Shown here: piece after piece, positions 38,485 to 53,010 of the stretch
Position numbering within the stretch: the stretch's first letter is position 1
Layout of the letters: every line of letters begins with the position of its first letter
Assembly (NCBI GenBank): GCA_001938485.1
Contig: MQRK01236352.1
Location: forward strand, 1-64,000
From: Girardia tigrina
Taxonomy: Eukaryota
DNA length: 64,000 nt
Reading direction: 5' to 3'
Program-made: the position numbers and the translations under genes
Notes under the pieces: model-generated
Seen by the model: only the letters and a program-made list of their open reading frames with translations
What the model was told of the DNA's origin: nothing
Database searches by the model: none

Positions 38485-39345
38485 CAGGGGTAGGCACACT
38501 TAAACGTTGTACGATCGATTAAAATTTTTATTACTTAACTGCGATCGACTAAAATTTTTAATAGTTAACTGCGATCGACTCTTTCAGAAATGAGAAAACA
38601 TAACACAGTATGTTTATTAATTTTATTATAATGTAAATGTAATAAATGTTGTGAAAATGTCTTCTTCTAGCGTCGTACCTTTTATCGGAAGAAGTGGTAA
38701 AAATTCCGCTTTTATCAAAATATTGGAGAATATCATTCTTATAAACATAATTAATCGTGCAGTATCAATGTCATCAGTTGATTCATCAAACTGTAATGAA
38801 AAGAATCTGCAGTTTTGCATGTGATCTTCCAATTGTTGAGTTACTCATATCTTCATTACGTCGAATTATAGTTCGACAAGAAAGTTGCAAATCTTTAATT
38901 GAATTAAGAATTTTGTGTTTATTTTTAAAGTTATTAAATAATTTTCACTGCTCTCAATGAAAGCTTCCATCACGATAATACTTTTTATGTTTTCTCAAAA
39001 TATAGAAGATCACATATAATGCTTCAGTGGCTAACTTAGATTGTCTCAAAGACTTTCGAAGTATAAGATACTGTGCGGTTAATTTTAATACATGAATCAA
39101 CACCAAATTTTGAAATATTCAAACAAATTTCAATATCATTTTAATTACCATTAACTTAAACTTTAAATATATTTTAATTTTAAACGTTGAATTTTGAGTC
39201 TTAATTTAAAATCTTAATGAAAATTTGTGTATTTCCATGTTATTTTTACTCAGATAAATCTATTGGTAAATATTTAAAATTTATCTGAAAAAACGTCTGC
39301 GATCTACTATCAAACAGCTGGCGATCGACCGTTTGCCCACCCCTG
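38485..39345 (-). mobile_element. internally deleted hAT element (SPIN/Buster/GTF2IRD2-like)
   Basis: TIRs CAGGGGTAGGCACAC / GTTTGCCCACCCCTG; 8-bp TSD ATCTATTC / ATATATTC; FFSLQFDESTD...LLPIKGTTLEEDIF. Confidence 0.9.
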
Positions 39346-40011
39346 ATATATTCAATCATTCCAAAAAAAAGTTTCACGTATCTTCAAATCAACACCATTC
39401 ATTAAATCCCTTTTCTGGACTGATATTTATTTTAACACCTCCGCAATCCTCGATCAACAATTTATCGAATTATGAAAAATAAAACAAAGAATAACTAAAG
39501 GAAAAAAAACTCACTCCGAAACAAACAAATTCCACACGACGAAAATTCGAATTATCCACAAGAATGATTATTTAAACAAATCCATTTATTTTTTGTAAGG
39601 AGGATTATAAAAAATTAAATTTATCCAAAATTTATATTATATGAAATTGTATAATTTTTAACTCGGAAATTGGATTTAGGAAAATATATTATTCATTCTA
39701 CGAATCCAATAAATTCCTGTGTTTAAACTAATGAAAGAAAAAACGAAAACTAAGAACACACTTTTAAAAAAATCAAATCAATCATGAAAATTATAAAGTC
39801 GGAAGATATATTATTTCATTCACTATTTGTATTGCAACGTATTTAATATTTTCGATTCCGATAAATTACCTTTCATACGTTGAAGCATTACCGAAGAAAA
39901 GCAGTATCAATTCTTATTTAATAATATTCCAGTAATCCATTCGATCTCAAACAACTATACTATTTATCGCTCCATAATAATTTATTCAATAATTTATTTA
40001 TTTTAATTTGA

Positions 40012-40810
40012 ATTAATGAACAAGCAGGCACTGAAAGAACTTCTAAAATTGTGTACCAAAAATGTACCTTTTCTTTTTAATGATGAATGGTACATTCAGG
40101 AAGACGGTGTCGCAATGGGTTCCCCATTAGCACCAACTTTGGCATCAATATTTATGAAGTCGCTTGAGGATNNNNNNNNNNNNNNNCCCTGGTGAAAAAC
40201 CTGTGTTGTACAAGAGATATGTGGATGATGTCTTTTTGGTTTTCAGAAATCAATCCCTCATAGAACCATTCCTAACATTCATGAATGGTCTTCATCCGAA
40301 TATTATTTACCACAGAATTGGAAGTAGATAATAAACTTCCCTTTCTGGACATTCTTGTCACCAGGATGAATGGAGGCTAAAAAACTGAATTATTCAGAAA
40401 GGCAACAGATACAGGTCTTTACACAACACCACAGAGTTTTTGTGAGGAAAAATACAGAGAGGGTATGATCAAAGGGCTTCTTCACAGAGTTTGGAATTTG
40501 TCGTCCAGTTTTGAAATTGCAAATCAGGGTTTAAATACTCTTAGAAGGCGCTTGAAGGACAATATGTATACAAACAAGCAAATAGAACACAACATTATGG
40601 TAACATTAGACAAATTATGCACAGATGCACGAGTTAAAAAACAATTAAACGAAGAAAATACTGAAGAATACAAACAAATCATTAAAATTCCATATTCTGA
40701 AGGATTTAGAGCGTTTAAGAAAAGTATTTGTAGAACAATAAGTAGTGCTAAAGTAGTCTCTGTCACATCCAAAGTTCAAAGTTTCCTCTCAAACAAATCG
40801 AAACAAAGTA
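40012..40810 (+). mobile_element. Penelope-like reverse transcriptase fragment
   Basis: QEDGVAMGSPLAPTLASIFM, YKRYVDDVF, LPFLDILV, FRKATDTGLY, IPYSEGF; frameshift and stop. Confidence 0.93.
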
Positions 40811-41201
40811 AGGTTATTTCAATACTTAAAATTTTTAATTAAAATATCTGTCATTATTACCCAATAATATTTTCATAAATAAAAATGTTTAATTTATTTG
40901 TTACCTTTTAAACTAAATTATANNNNNNNNNNNNNNNNNNNNNNNNNNNNNNNNNNNNNNNNNNNNNNNNNNNNNNNNNNNNNNNNNNNNNNNNNNNNNN
41001 NNNNNNNNNNNNNNNNNNNNNNNNNNNNNNNNNNNNNNNNNNNNNNNNNNNNNNNNNNNNNNNNNNNNNNNNNNNNNNNNNNNNNNNNNNNNNNNNNNNN
41101 NNNNNNNNNNNNNNNNNNNNNNNNNNNNNNNNNNNNNNNNNNNNNNNNNNNNNNNNNNNNNNNNNNNNNNNNNNNNNNNNNNNNNNNNNNNNNNNNNNNN
41201 N

Positions 41202-44200
41202 AAAGATCTGCACTAAAATATATTTAAATAAACTAAATCACAAACACACATACATCAGTTATATACAGAATAAATGGAGAGTCAAAGGTTAACTCTGCTC
41301 TCGACCCCGTAATTGTTATACAATACAAATTTAGAATTATTCAAAAATTGGTGATTATATAATATTTCATTTAATTAATTTAAATTTAATTCTATAATAT
41401 CTCACATCCCCCTCGTTTTAAAAGGTTTCAACCACTCTATATTCCTCACCAATAATTTCCCGTTTTTATCTTGTAATTCATAGCTTCTGTCATGTCGCTT
41501 TTTATGAATTTTCATCGGCCCCTCGTAACGGTTATCATCTTTATTACTTCTGGTTTCAACTTTTACTAGAACATGTTCTCCCACATTAAATTCTCTATTT
41601 TCCCGTTTACTATTATCATATGCAATTTTACTTTGATTCTGTCTAACGGTATTTAAAATATCTTCACGATTTCTTCATATCTCTTTATTACTATTCCATT
41701 TTCTATTTATCGGGAAACCAAATACGACTTCTGCTGGACTCATTCAGATTAACTTTTGTGTTGTGGCATTTAAGGAATATTCAACTTCTGGCAATAAGTC
41801 GACCCAAGTTTTTCCATTTTTATCTTTTAAAGAAGAAGATATAAAATCTCGAATTGTCCTAAATTGTCTTTCGATTAGCCCATTGGTGTTGTGATGATAT
41901 GGACTTGAATATTGAATCTGAATTTTATAACGTTCTGCTAACTCCTTCATAACTTTGGATTGGAACGATTTTCCGCAATCTAAATACATTACTCGAGGTG
42001 CACCATATTTTAATATCCATCGATTCAAAAGTATATCAGCAGTTGTATTTTCATCTTGTTTCATCTCGATTTAAAGAAATGTATCGACTAAATTGATCTA
42101 TAATAGCTAAAATGTACTTTTTTCCTTGAAATGTCTGTTTGAATGGTCCACAAAAATCGAGAAATATTGACTCAAATGGAAAGTTAGTGCTTTGCTTAAT
42201 TACAGTTTCTTTTGATCTCGTAGTCATTACTTTACGTTTTTGACAGGCCTCGTAAGATTCTACAATTTGTTTTGTAAATTCATATATTTTCATCATATCA
42301 AAATTAAGTCGAATATAATCATAAACTTTTTTAAATCCAGAATGATATAATAATTTATGAGTTTCAATAATGAACTGACTCCGTTTGTTATATGGTATCC
42401 ATATTTTACCCTCAGTTGTGAGAATAACATCGTTTTCTATCCGAAAATTTCTCGTATTTTGTTTTTCCACATCTTNNNNNNNNNNNNNNNNNNNNNNNNN
42501 NNNNNNNNNNNNNNNNNNNNNNNTTGGATTCTGTCATCAGAGCTAATATTTTTGTCTTTAACTTACCTTTTTGTGCTTCTTCATGATTCATTTTGCACTG
42601 CGAGCAATTTTCACATTTGCTACGTGATAAAGAATCTGCATTTGTATGATTGATTCTTTTTTTGTACTGCATATTGATGTCCAAACTGCTTAAATAATTG
42701 ATCCATGTTTGGAATTGAGATGTAATCGGTTTCTTTGTTGTAAGCATGAATGTTATTGCTTTATGATCCGTCCTAAAAATAAATATCTTACCATATAAAT
42801 AGTGCTTGAAATGTTGAGTAAAATAATAAATAGCCAATAACTCTTTCCTAGTTACACAGTATCCTATCTCATGTTTGCTCATTGAATGTGAACCATAGGC
42901 AATCACTCTTTCATTTCCAAAAGCATCTTCTTGCGATAGAACAGCTCCAATGGAATCAAAACTTGAATCGGTATCTAAAATAAATTCCTTCTCAAAATTA
43001 GGATAAGCTAGAACTGGTGTCTTCGATAACGCTTCTTTCATTTTCATAAACGCATCATTGCATGTTTCTGTCCATATCAGTTTGTCCTTGTTAAGCCCAC
43101 ATAAACTTTCTAAATTCTTTGAATATTTAGAATAATCCTTGATAAACTTACGATAATAATTGCATAATCCTGGAAAACTTCTTAAGTTTTTTAAACATTT
43201 CGGTTTTTCATAATTAATTATTGATTCAATCTTACTTTCATCTACCTTTGTACCCTTTGAGCTTATAATATGTCCAAGAAATTTTGTTATTCTTTAATAA
43301 AATGACATTTTTTTGGATTTATTCTTAATCCCGCATTTCCTATTTTCTGAAAAATTTTATCTAAACGTTGAAATTGTTCCTCCAAAGTTTTTGAAAAAAT
43401 CAAAATATCGTCTAGGTAAACAATTGCCTCCTTCCAATGGATATCACCAAGAACTATTGTCATCAGTTTCTGGAACGTCGCAGGGGCTGCTGCTATTCCA
43501 AAAGGCATCCGATTGAAGCAGAATTGTCCGGTTTTTGTTAAGAATGCCGTCTTTTCTTGTGACTCTTCATCCAATTTCACTTGATAATAAGCATTACCTA
43601 AATCAGTGGTACTGAAATACCGAGATCCATTTAGAATATCCAACATTTCTTCTATATGAGGCATTGGAAAGGCCGGTATTTCCGTTATCTTATTAAGTTG
43701 CCTAAAATCTAAACATAATCTTATGTCTTTCTTTCCCTTTTTCCAGACACAAACCATTGGTGTGTTCCACGGAGAGTTGCATTTCCGAATTATTCCATTC
43801 CTCTCTAAATTTCTTATGGCTTCATCAATTTTATCTTCTAAATTTATGGGCTGACGTCTCGGTTTGATATTTATAGGTCCTCCATTAGTTAATATCCTGT
43901 GTTTCATAAGTTTTGTGCATCCTATATCCCATTGATGTGCCATGATTGTTTGTTTGATTGTTTCCCAAATTTCGCATCTATGTTACAAATATAGTTATTT
44001 TGAATATTTTCGAAGTCATTATCTTTACAATTATTTAAATTCTCTTCTAAAATTAATTTGAAGTTAAATTTATTTAAGAAATTCATTCCTGCAATTATTT
44101 TTGGAGTAACTTTATCAGCAANNNNNNNNNNTATGTCTTCACTATGACAATCAATTTTAACATTAATAACTACTTTTCCATAGATTTTCAACGAACTATC

Positions 44201-45245
44201 ATTCGCACAATATATTTTATCTTCTGAACCCGTTACATTCACGTTCTTTAATCTATCAATCAAACTTATGCGCCTGTATCTAAAAGACAATATGCAAAGG
44301 TTTCGTTAATCCTAATCTTAATACTAGGCCTACCATTCATAATCTTATATGTGATTTTCACCTTATCGTTGGGGTATGAGATATTACTATTTACATTTTA
44401 ATTTCATCTAACGAATAAATTTTTAAATCATTATTTAAATAAAAATTATCATCATAAAAAAAATTTACACTCATTCGAAATAGAATTACTTTTAACATTT
44501 TTATTTGTAGTAATTTTATTTCGTTTATTTTCAATACATACATTTTTACATTTATTATTTTTATAATCACTATTTTTACTAAAATAATCAAAATTACTAG
44601 ATTTATTAAAATTTAAAATATTACGCTTTTTATAAAATAAACTATTTACATACGGATCGAGAACAAAATTACCTCTACCTTTATTTAGTGGATGGCTCCA
44701 ATCACCTCTCCTGAAGACGGAGCCCGATCTTTTGAATAACAATCATCAATTTCGTCATGATATTCTCCACGTTCTACGAGTCTCATCTCTGAATTGATTA
44801 CAGCCACATTGTCATTTCTTTTTTGTCTGAAGTTGTTAAATCTAAAATTACCACTTTGATCTTGTTGTTTCTCCAAAAACTGGTAACTGAAATGTCCTTG
44901 CTTCTTGCATGTTGAGCAGCATATGTTTGGGCAGTTCCTTCGGATATGACCTTCTTCTTTGCATGTATAGCATTGGATTTTCCGAATTTGGTTGCAGTTT
45001 CTGTAGGAATGTCCTTCTTTTTTGCAGTTGAAGCATTTGATATCTTCTTTCTGATTCCACACCTTTGAATTCGCATAATATTTTCTCTGATTTGAAGTGT
45101 TTCTCGAGAAGTTATTTTCCGGTATATTCTGAAAGTTTCTTTTCTTTTTCACCATCTGAGCAAAAGTTTCTTTTCGATTGAGGACTGCTACGTCGTTGTC
45201 TTCTAGAACATATTCCATTTTCTTGACAATACTTTTAATGTCTTC
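41202..45245 (-). mobile_element. Ty3/Gypsy LTR retrotransposon, 5'-truncated and decayed
   Basis: Gag with tandem CCHC knuckles (44685-45218); PR LLDTGA at ~44270; RT RLCLDFRQLN and YLDDI; RH LDTDSS, ELLAI, TDHKA; IN LDFCGP and GLIER; PPT GAGGGGGA then a 3' LTR starting TGTGAG at 41406 and running into the N gap. Confidence 0.95.
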
Positions 45246-45362
45246 TCGGGTCGGGTAAAGTTATCATATTGTTTCAATCGTCGAGTTCGAGTTGGGTCGG
45301 GCTTTTTGATTTCGGGTTCGGGTCGGGCTGATATATTACGACCCGTATAGATCACTCGTAGG

Positions 45363-45950
45363 GGGTGCCCCGACAAATGTACGCACCGAAAAATGCGCTA
45401 AAAGGGGATTGCACAATGTTTTTGAAATTTTTTTATTATTAATTCGTTAATGCTAAAAATAATTTAAATATAAATTTAGTAGATGTTTTTGAAATTTATT
45501 TATTATTAATTCGTAAATGCTATAAATAATTTTTAAAATATAAATTCAAAAAAATGTTTTCGAAATTTTTTTATTATTTATGTTTATGTTAATGTTAAAC
45601 ATATTTTTGAAATATAAATTTAATATAATAGACCAAAAGTTGAAAAACACCAATTTATAAACATTTATCTAAAAGATAATCTAAATTCCACTAAATATAC
45701 GACTTATAGTTAGCTCTGTCAAGTCCTGTTCACGACGGAAATGATCGAGCAATGTGTAAATGGGAGGATGATGAGAAGCAACAGACGAAATTATGGCAAC
45801 CCTCAACTGAATTATTTTCAAAAATATTTATTAAATTTATATTTTAAAAATTATTTTTAACATTAACAAATTAATAATAAAAATTTTTCAAAAACATTGT
45901 GCAATCCACTTTTAGCGCATTTGTCCGTGCGCGCATTTGTCGAGTCACCC
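45363..45950 (-). mobile_element. MULE-like deletion derivative with ~130-bp TIRs
   Basis: GGGTGCCCCGACAAATG... / ...CATTTGTCGAGTCACCC; internal NNSVEGCHN..HHPPIYTLLDHFRREQ resembles the MULE transposase C-terminus. Confidence 0.8.
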
Positions 45951-46429
45951 TTGAATAATATGTGCCTACCAAATAAGTCGAGAAAGACACAGGCCCTTAG
46001 AAGATACGGACAAAACTGGGTCAAAACAATTCATCTTTAGACTAAAAAGAAATCTCACATGCTCCACTTCTGTCGTTACAAACTGCCAGGATTGACTATA
46101 TTCGTTCGAGCTGTAACCCCTTGGGCGGTGCCGGAACTTGAAAACTTCAAAAAGATGAGTATCATAATTGAAGTCTTTATAACAGGATTTTTCAAAAAAA
46201 AGAAAATATTATTAGGATTATTTATTAACGGAGCATGACAACTGACCGCAGAAAACTTACCGCAGGATTTTGTTTATACTTTTTAAGAAATTATTTTAGA
46301 ATTGTAGTAAAATTATATTTTCTTTCAACTAACTAAAATAGGTACATTATTTTCCATATATTTTTATGAAAAAAAGGGGAATCGTGCGAAATTTAATGAA
46401 AATTTTAAGTCTAAATTCATTTTGATCAT

Positions 46430-46994
46430 CAGATTACAATTCTAAAACCAAACAGAAATTATTGGACTCCAATGTTGAATAGGTATTTATTTTACTAAAT
46501 ATGTCTCGTGACAATATAGACACTAGCAATTTATTTTTATAGTGTAACTTTTCAGACATTTCTTTGCAAGAAATAATACAGTTTACTAACATTTGAAGGA
46601 TGGCTTTAGTGGTATTTTCCACTATATTTTCCTTAGGTAGAATATTCTCTCAACAACAGCATTAGAAGATGATTTTGCCATAAGAGTATAAACCAGCTGA
46701 CGAATGTTATAAAGCGATGCATTTTGCAGCAAAATAGCCCATTTTTGTGCGACAGACAAAGTTTTAAACCTTTCCATTGTCGATGTCAGCATTATATTCA
46801 GTTCTGTAACCTCGTCAAAAAGAGTGACTTTCAATACAATATCAGGATCAATAAGCTCTGCTGTTTTACATTCATCTACACATAACACTTTCGGTCCTCG
46901 GAGACATAAGGACAAAGTAAGGATACATTTGAAATAAGGTAAGTCTTTAAAAAGTAAAACTAACCTTCCCAAGTAAGGACGGATGGCAACCCTG
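46430..46994 (-). mobile_element. hAT relic
   Basis: CAGGGTTGCCATCC terminus; SSNAVVERIF resembles the hAT dimerisation domain. Confidence 0.6.
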
Positions 46995-47826
46995 AGTAAA
47001 ATTTGAATTTTTGTTTCAAGAAATTATTTTAGGATTGTTGTAAGATATTTCAGAAAAAAATATTTAAAAAAATGGAAAATACTTCATTAAACTAGATTTT
47101 AAAAGTAGATGTTGAAAAAATATATTGTAATTTAATTAGTAAATTAAAGCTCGTGTTGTAATCTAATTTAATGTTTAATCATAAATAAAAATTAAAGTAA
47201 AATTTCTATTAATAGAAAATGAAATTTAATATTTAATCAAGAATAAAATAAAAGTAAATTTTAAGTTAATAAAACAAAATTAAATTTTATGTATAAGTAG
47301 AAATAAAATTTTACGGAAGAATGTGACAAATAATACAATTAATTTTAAAATTATAACCACCAATTTTTACAATTAAACAAAAACAATAATTATATCATAA
47401 AATTGATTTTTGTGACGAGTTTTCGCGTACTGTTTATTAATATGGTACACAAGAATAGTGGTTAGATTTAGGTTTAAGTTTGTTTTTTACTACTACCTCA
47501 AGATATCAATCTCAACATACATGTATAATGATCATATGATTGAGTCTGCATCATCATTGCCAGCTGTTGTATGAGTATCACAGGCAATGGTTCTATGTTG
47601 ATGGCAGCTGTGAAGTGGTGAAAATGCGTATGTTGGCCCTTTACGGACTTCAAGCGGAAAATCATAAGTTCTAGCCAAGGTCGTTGAGATCCGTCCTCGT
47701 CCAGAAAAAAAGGTATTCTAGGCCAATTTTGTGTGTGTTTATCAGCTTATAGTTGTGGTTGTGACATCCAAGTGTCACTAGGGGTGTATGGGGCATTAAT
47801 TATATCCCCCTCTCCTAAAAGCAGGA

Positions 47827-48072
47827 TGTTCACACGAGGTTATCATCATTCGTGATCCCGTGTTGTCTGAACAAAAGGTTATCCCGAAGTGATTTGAAGC
47901 TATCATACTATATCGTTGCATTCTCTGTGTGCGCAAGGAAGTTGCTCTGTTTCCATATTCGTTCGTCCTGTAATTAGCTAGCTCCATGTTGCGGTGGTTT
48001 TTATGAGTGCATCTTCTTTCGTTAGGCCTCCCCTTGTGCTTGCACGGAATAAAGTTAACCGTAACCCTAACA
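47827..48072 (+). mobile_element. possible isolated LTR
   Basis: TGTT...AATAAA...AACA in a GC-elevated island; purine run immediately upstream; single copy. Confidence 0.35.
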
Positions 48073-49080
48073 CGGTCCCTCGTTAGTTAAAATTTCTGTG
48101 TGCAATTCATCCCAAAGCATAAGTCAAAAAGTTAGTGCAACAATGTTTATTCATTTTGAATTTTCGATTCATCTTTTGTACATTTAAACAAATTGTATTT
48201 TTCACTGAACAGGATATATTACAATTTACATTTAATTTTCGATGAAAAGCTTTTTTTACAATTCACATAATTAAAATACAGTATTTGCAGCAAAATTATC
48301 AGGAGGAACACAGGCTTTATTTGATCCGATTTCGTATTAACTTTGCACACTTACTCATTTTGAGAACAATACATGAATCAATAAAACATTTACTATATAA
48401 GTGATAAATTAGTCATTTTTACAAAAAAAATCAAATTTACAATTATCCACTTATTATTATAATTTATGTGGAGCTTCTTTTTCCTTTATTAAATCAAATT
48501 ACAAAAACACATAAAATTTACAAGCTTTATTTTTATCAATAAAAATACATGAGAGATTGGAAAAATAATATTTGGCCCTAGCCGACTATATATTTTTCTA
48601 GGAATCTTAGTGATTATCCATAATATAAATTTTTATGAAAAAGGTTTTTTGATCATATTTTACAATATATAAATTTATATTTTTGTCTAATTATAACTGA
48701 ATTAGCAGTGGTTTACATACTGATCGAAAATTCACTAGATCTGACCTTTCGAAGGATAAACAGATAGTCTCGTTACTATTGTCGTTCCATTAAGTATTCA
48801 CGTATTATCAGACATTATTTTCTCGGCAATGATCATATTATCACGACAGATAATTTCTTTCTTTATTAATTATTGTTCGTACTTTTAAAAATCATTTTGT
48901 CCTTATATTTTTTTTATCTTATTGGATTTTATTTTAATTAATTTTATTTATTCTTACTTTATTTTTATTTATTCAAAATTTATGAATTAATAAATTCTTC
49001 TATTTTATTTTGCAAAATTAATTCTTTCTTTACTTTATTTATATAAAAAATATAAATTTAAATTAACTTTAAATACTTAC

Positions 49081-49290
49081 TGGGAGATGGTGATGTGTGA
49101 AGCATTGTTGATCAAATCTTTTGATCCTAAAATCAATGTCCAAACACCATCCTTTTCAACTTTATTGAAAGTATTTTCATGATTTAAATGACAATGATTA
49201 CATAAGTATTGCTTTGATATATAAACGCTAGTATATCATTGTTAATTCAGTCTGATGATGTCGTATATCCGTCGAAATTAATAATAATAA
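49081..49290 (+). mobile_element. Penelope-like 3' end
   Basis: WEMVMCEALLIKSFDPKINVQTPSFSTLLKVFS*, matching the C-terminus of the 8.8-kb element. Confidence 0.8.
49246..49288 (+). ncRNA. minimal hammerhead ribozyme (PLE-associated, stem II decayed)
   Basis: CTGATGA-T-GTCGTATATCCGTC-GAAA-TTAA-TA about 70 nt after the PLE stop codon. Confidence 0.6.
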
Positions 49291-50192
49291 ATTGTGATGA
49301 TCGTTTTTAGTTTTTTAAATTTATAAATTTTTTAAATTTCCAAGAAATTATATAATTACTTTATATAAAAATTTATTGATTAAACAATACAATTATAAAT
49401 TTCAGTTACCTCAACAATATATAAATTAAAGAAAAAAACAATATAAATTCAAATTCGCATATTTATGCTTGTCTTAAGTATTTGATTTTTTGGTATTTTT
49501 TTCATTAAATACATTTTTGGATTTCTTATTAATTATAGTTTATTTAGTTACAACTTTGTCATTTATAATTTTCAAAAGAAATATTTTCTCATTCAGGGTA
49601 TTGTACACTTCTTTAAATTTCTTGTTAAAAAACAAAATTTTGGTATTCTATGTTATGAAAACAATACTTCAAATATAATGCTATATAATTTAGCAATCGA
49701 CAACAAATGATGTACCAACCTACATAGTTCGAAATTCGACCATGATGGCATAATTTCATCGCACCGAAACAAACTAATAGTACCTCTTACCGATCCAAAC
49801 ACATCGTTTGGACAATTTTTTCGAGTTGTTAAACCGAAATATTACCTCCAAACTGATTAAATCGTTAATTGATTTTCAAAGGACTTTCATTTGCTTAAAT
49901 ATTTTTTTTAAAAACTTATTATTTCGATTTACTAGTCTTAAAAATTTGAAACATTGTTTTACAAATAAATAAGAAAATATTTATTTAAATCTAAAATATT
50001 TGCAAAATTATCCAGAAAAAAAATAAACAAATTTGTTTAAATATATCAATTATTAATTTAACGAAACTTCGACAATCAAATTCAAAATTGTCTTTATTAA
50101 CGAAAAAAAAACTTTTTTTTCCTTTTTTTCTCTTATCGTTACATCAGAAACAAAATTTCTTCGATTAAATTTTTTGTTCTTTTTTCTCGATT

Positions 50193-50343
50193 ATGAATTT
50201 TACATCGGGCGATAAAATCTGTTTCGATAACACTGAAAATCGTCTTTATTTGCCGGAAAATGTGTTCGAGAAATACGAACAAATCGGCATCAAATCTCTC
50301 TTCGAGTGGCAGTCGGATTGTATCCGACTAGACGGAGTGTTGG
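50193..50343 (+). CDS. POLQ: DNA polymerase theta (POLQ/mus308) exon 1
   Basis: LPENVFEKYEQIGIKSLFEWQSDC resembles the POLQ N-terminal Q-motif region; donor G|GTAAGC. An additional upstream exon cannot be excluded. Confidence 0.88.
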
Positions 50344-51987
50344 GTAAGCGATTTGTGTCCGTATTGCGCCCAGCGACAATTAGAATTATTCGACATCTTT
50401 TTTTGTAATGGAATTAGAAATAGTTATTTTCCCGATATTTTCTTCATTAAGAATTATTTTTTATTTAATTTTTCCGTTATTTTAACCATATTTTTCGATA
50501 TTTAAAATTATTTTATCAATTTTTAAATGAGTTTTTCAAAATAAATTTACCATTATTTCTTGTATGATTAATTATATTTGATTTGATATATTATTCTCGG
50601 CGAATTGGCGAGAAGAAATCTTCATTTGTCTCGCATTGAAATTAAATATAGATTTTTTTCTCAATTTATTTGATTAAACATTATTTTGCATTTCATTATT
50701 ATGTTATTTTTACCATATTTATCGATTTTTAAAGGATATATTGGTTGTTTTTTAAAGGATTTATCGAGTATATTTTTAAATTATTTGTTAGATTGATCGT
50801 ATTTTTGAAATAATTTTATCAATTAATTTATCCATTTTTTAAAAGAGTTTTTGATAATATTTTAAACGATTTATCAAATATTTCATATTTTTTAATGATC
50901 TATTATTTATTTTTCAATTGATCTAAAGAAGTGTTTTCGAAGTTCTTTTCCAGTAATTTCTAAATAATGATTATCACGATATTTTAAAGTTACCATCGAG
51001 TATTTTAGCATTTAATTCGTAATTGTTACACGCTAATTCTCGATAAATCGCTGTGGTTAATTACCAGGAAGAATTATTCGATATATTTTCTTTGCATTGG
51101 AATCAGAAATTTTTTTCCGACTTTTTTTTCTTTTTTTCTACATTAAGAATTTTTTTTAATTTATCTGTTTTTTTTCATATTTATCGATTTTTTAAATTAT
51201 TTTATCAATTTTTAAATGAGTTATCGATTAAAGATTTATCAAATATTTATTTAATAAATAATCTTTATTTTAGTATTATTTATCATATTTTTTATTGATT
51301 TATTATTTTTTTATAGATTATTTATCGAAAATTAAAAAAAATAATTTATCAATTATTTGATAGTTTAAATCGATTAAATTATTTATCAATTTTCAAATGA
51401 GTCATCAATTATTTTTTAAAAGATTTATCAAGTATTTTTTTATAGAAATTTTGAATTTTAACAATAATAATAAATTTCACATGTTACTATTATTTATCAT
51501 ATTCGATGAATAATTTTAAAATAACCGATAAATCAATAAAACAATAATAAAAAAAATTTCCAATTATTTGTTAAATTTATTATATTTTTGAAATGATTTA
51601 ATTAATTAATTAATCAATTTTTAAAATTAGTTATATTTTAAAGGATTTATCAAGTATTTTTTAAAATAAGTTTACCATTATTTCTTTGACGAATAATCTT
51701 GGATTTTAATAATATAATAATAAATAATACATGATTTTACATCATTTATTATATTTTTTTATTGATTTACCTATTGTTTATTAATTAATCAATCATGTTG
51801 TAAATGATCAATTCATGTATTTATCGTAACTGGGACCTGGTAATTCTCGATGAAAGTTTTCAAAAAAGTATATTAACATTCTCTTATCCTTCTGCTTTGT
51901 CCACAAAATTGAACTACACATTTCACATTAAACTTCAAGTAATATTACAATCTTAATTCTATTTTTTATGGAAAAATATTTTTTTAA

Positions 51988-52272
<285 letters not shown>

Positions 52273-53010
52273 TAATATCGATTTAATTGATTGAATGAGT
52301 AAAATAATGATTCTTTGAAGGAAAGGATTAATATTTGAACCATTTTTTTTATTGATTAAGGTCATTTTAAAAATATTTTAATGTACAAAATCACACAATC
52401 AGAAAGTCCATCGGTATTAATCGCTGACATAAATAAAATATTAATTACTATAGAAGATGATTCCACTTTTGGCAAAATTTCCAGTGCTAGAGCAATCGGC
52501 TTTTCGGAACAATCTTTTATTTTCTCGATTTTTTATGTCTTATATGTCGTTTCGTTTATTTTTTGGAAACCATTTTGTCAAAAATAACACATCTAAAATT
52601 TGATTTTTGAAAAATTTTACGAATTATTATCTAAATAATATAAACTTTTTTTACAACAAAACAGAAATCAATTTTCGTATTTGTTAATTCAAATGGCAAC
52701 CGGTCTAATAAATAACTAGTCAATCTAAAAATTAAAATGTTTATATCCATTCTTTGAAAAATTAACAAAAAATGATTTTAAAAAACACAATAAAAAATTA
52801 ATATAAACTACTTATAATTTATAAGTACATCTTTTTCAATTAATATTGTTCTGGAACTCCGAATTTTCCGTTTTTGGATCTTAAAAAGTTTTTTTTGCTA
52901 AAATTTTTGCATAATCATTTATTGTCATCGAGAATGAGTGAGTGTGCAAAGATTGGAGAAAATTGATTGAGTAAAAGGACTTCAAAAGTGGGATTCTAAA
53001 TTCCATGGAC

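Noticed and set aside
40898-41227. ORFs spanning N gaps or (TA)n tracts (also 37355-37540, 55588-55809, 60210-60395)
   Set aside because: Artefacts of unknown bases or simple repeats.
50420-51800. Short ORFs and degenerate repeats in POLQ intron 1
   Set aside because: Low-complexity AT-rich sequence with decayed internal duplications (~50424 versus ~51109) and no coding signal.
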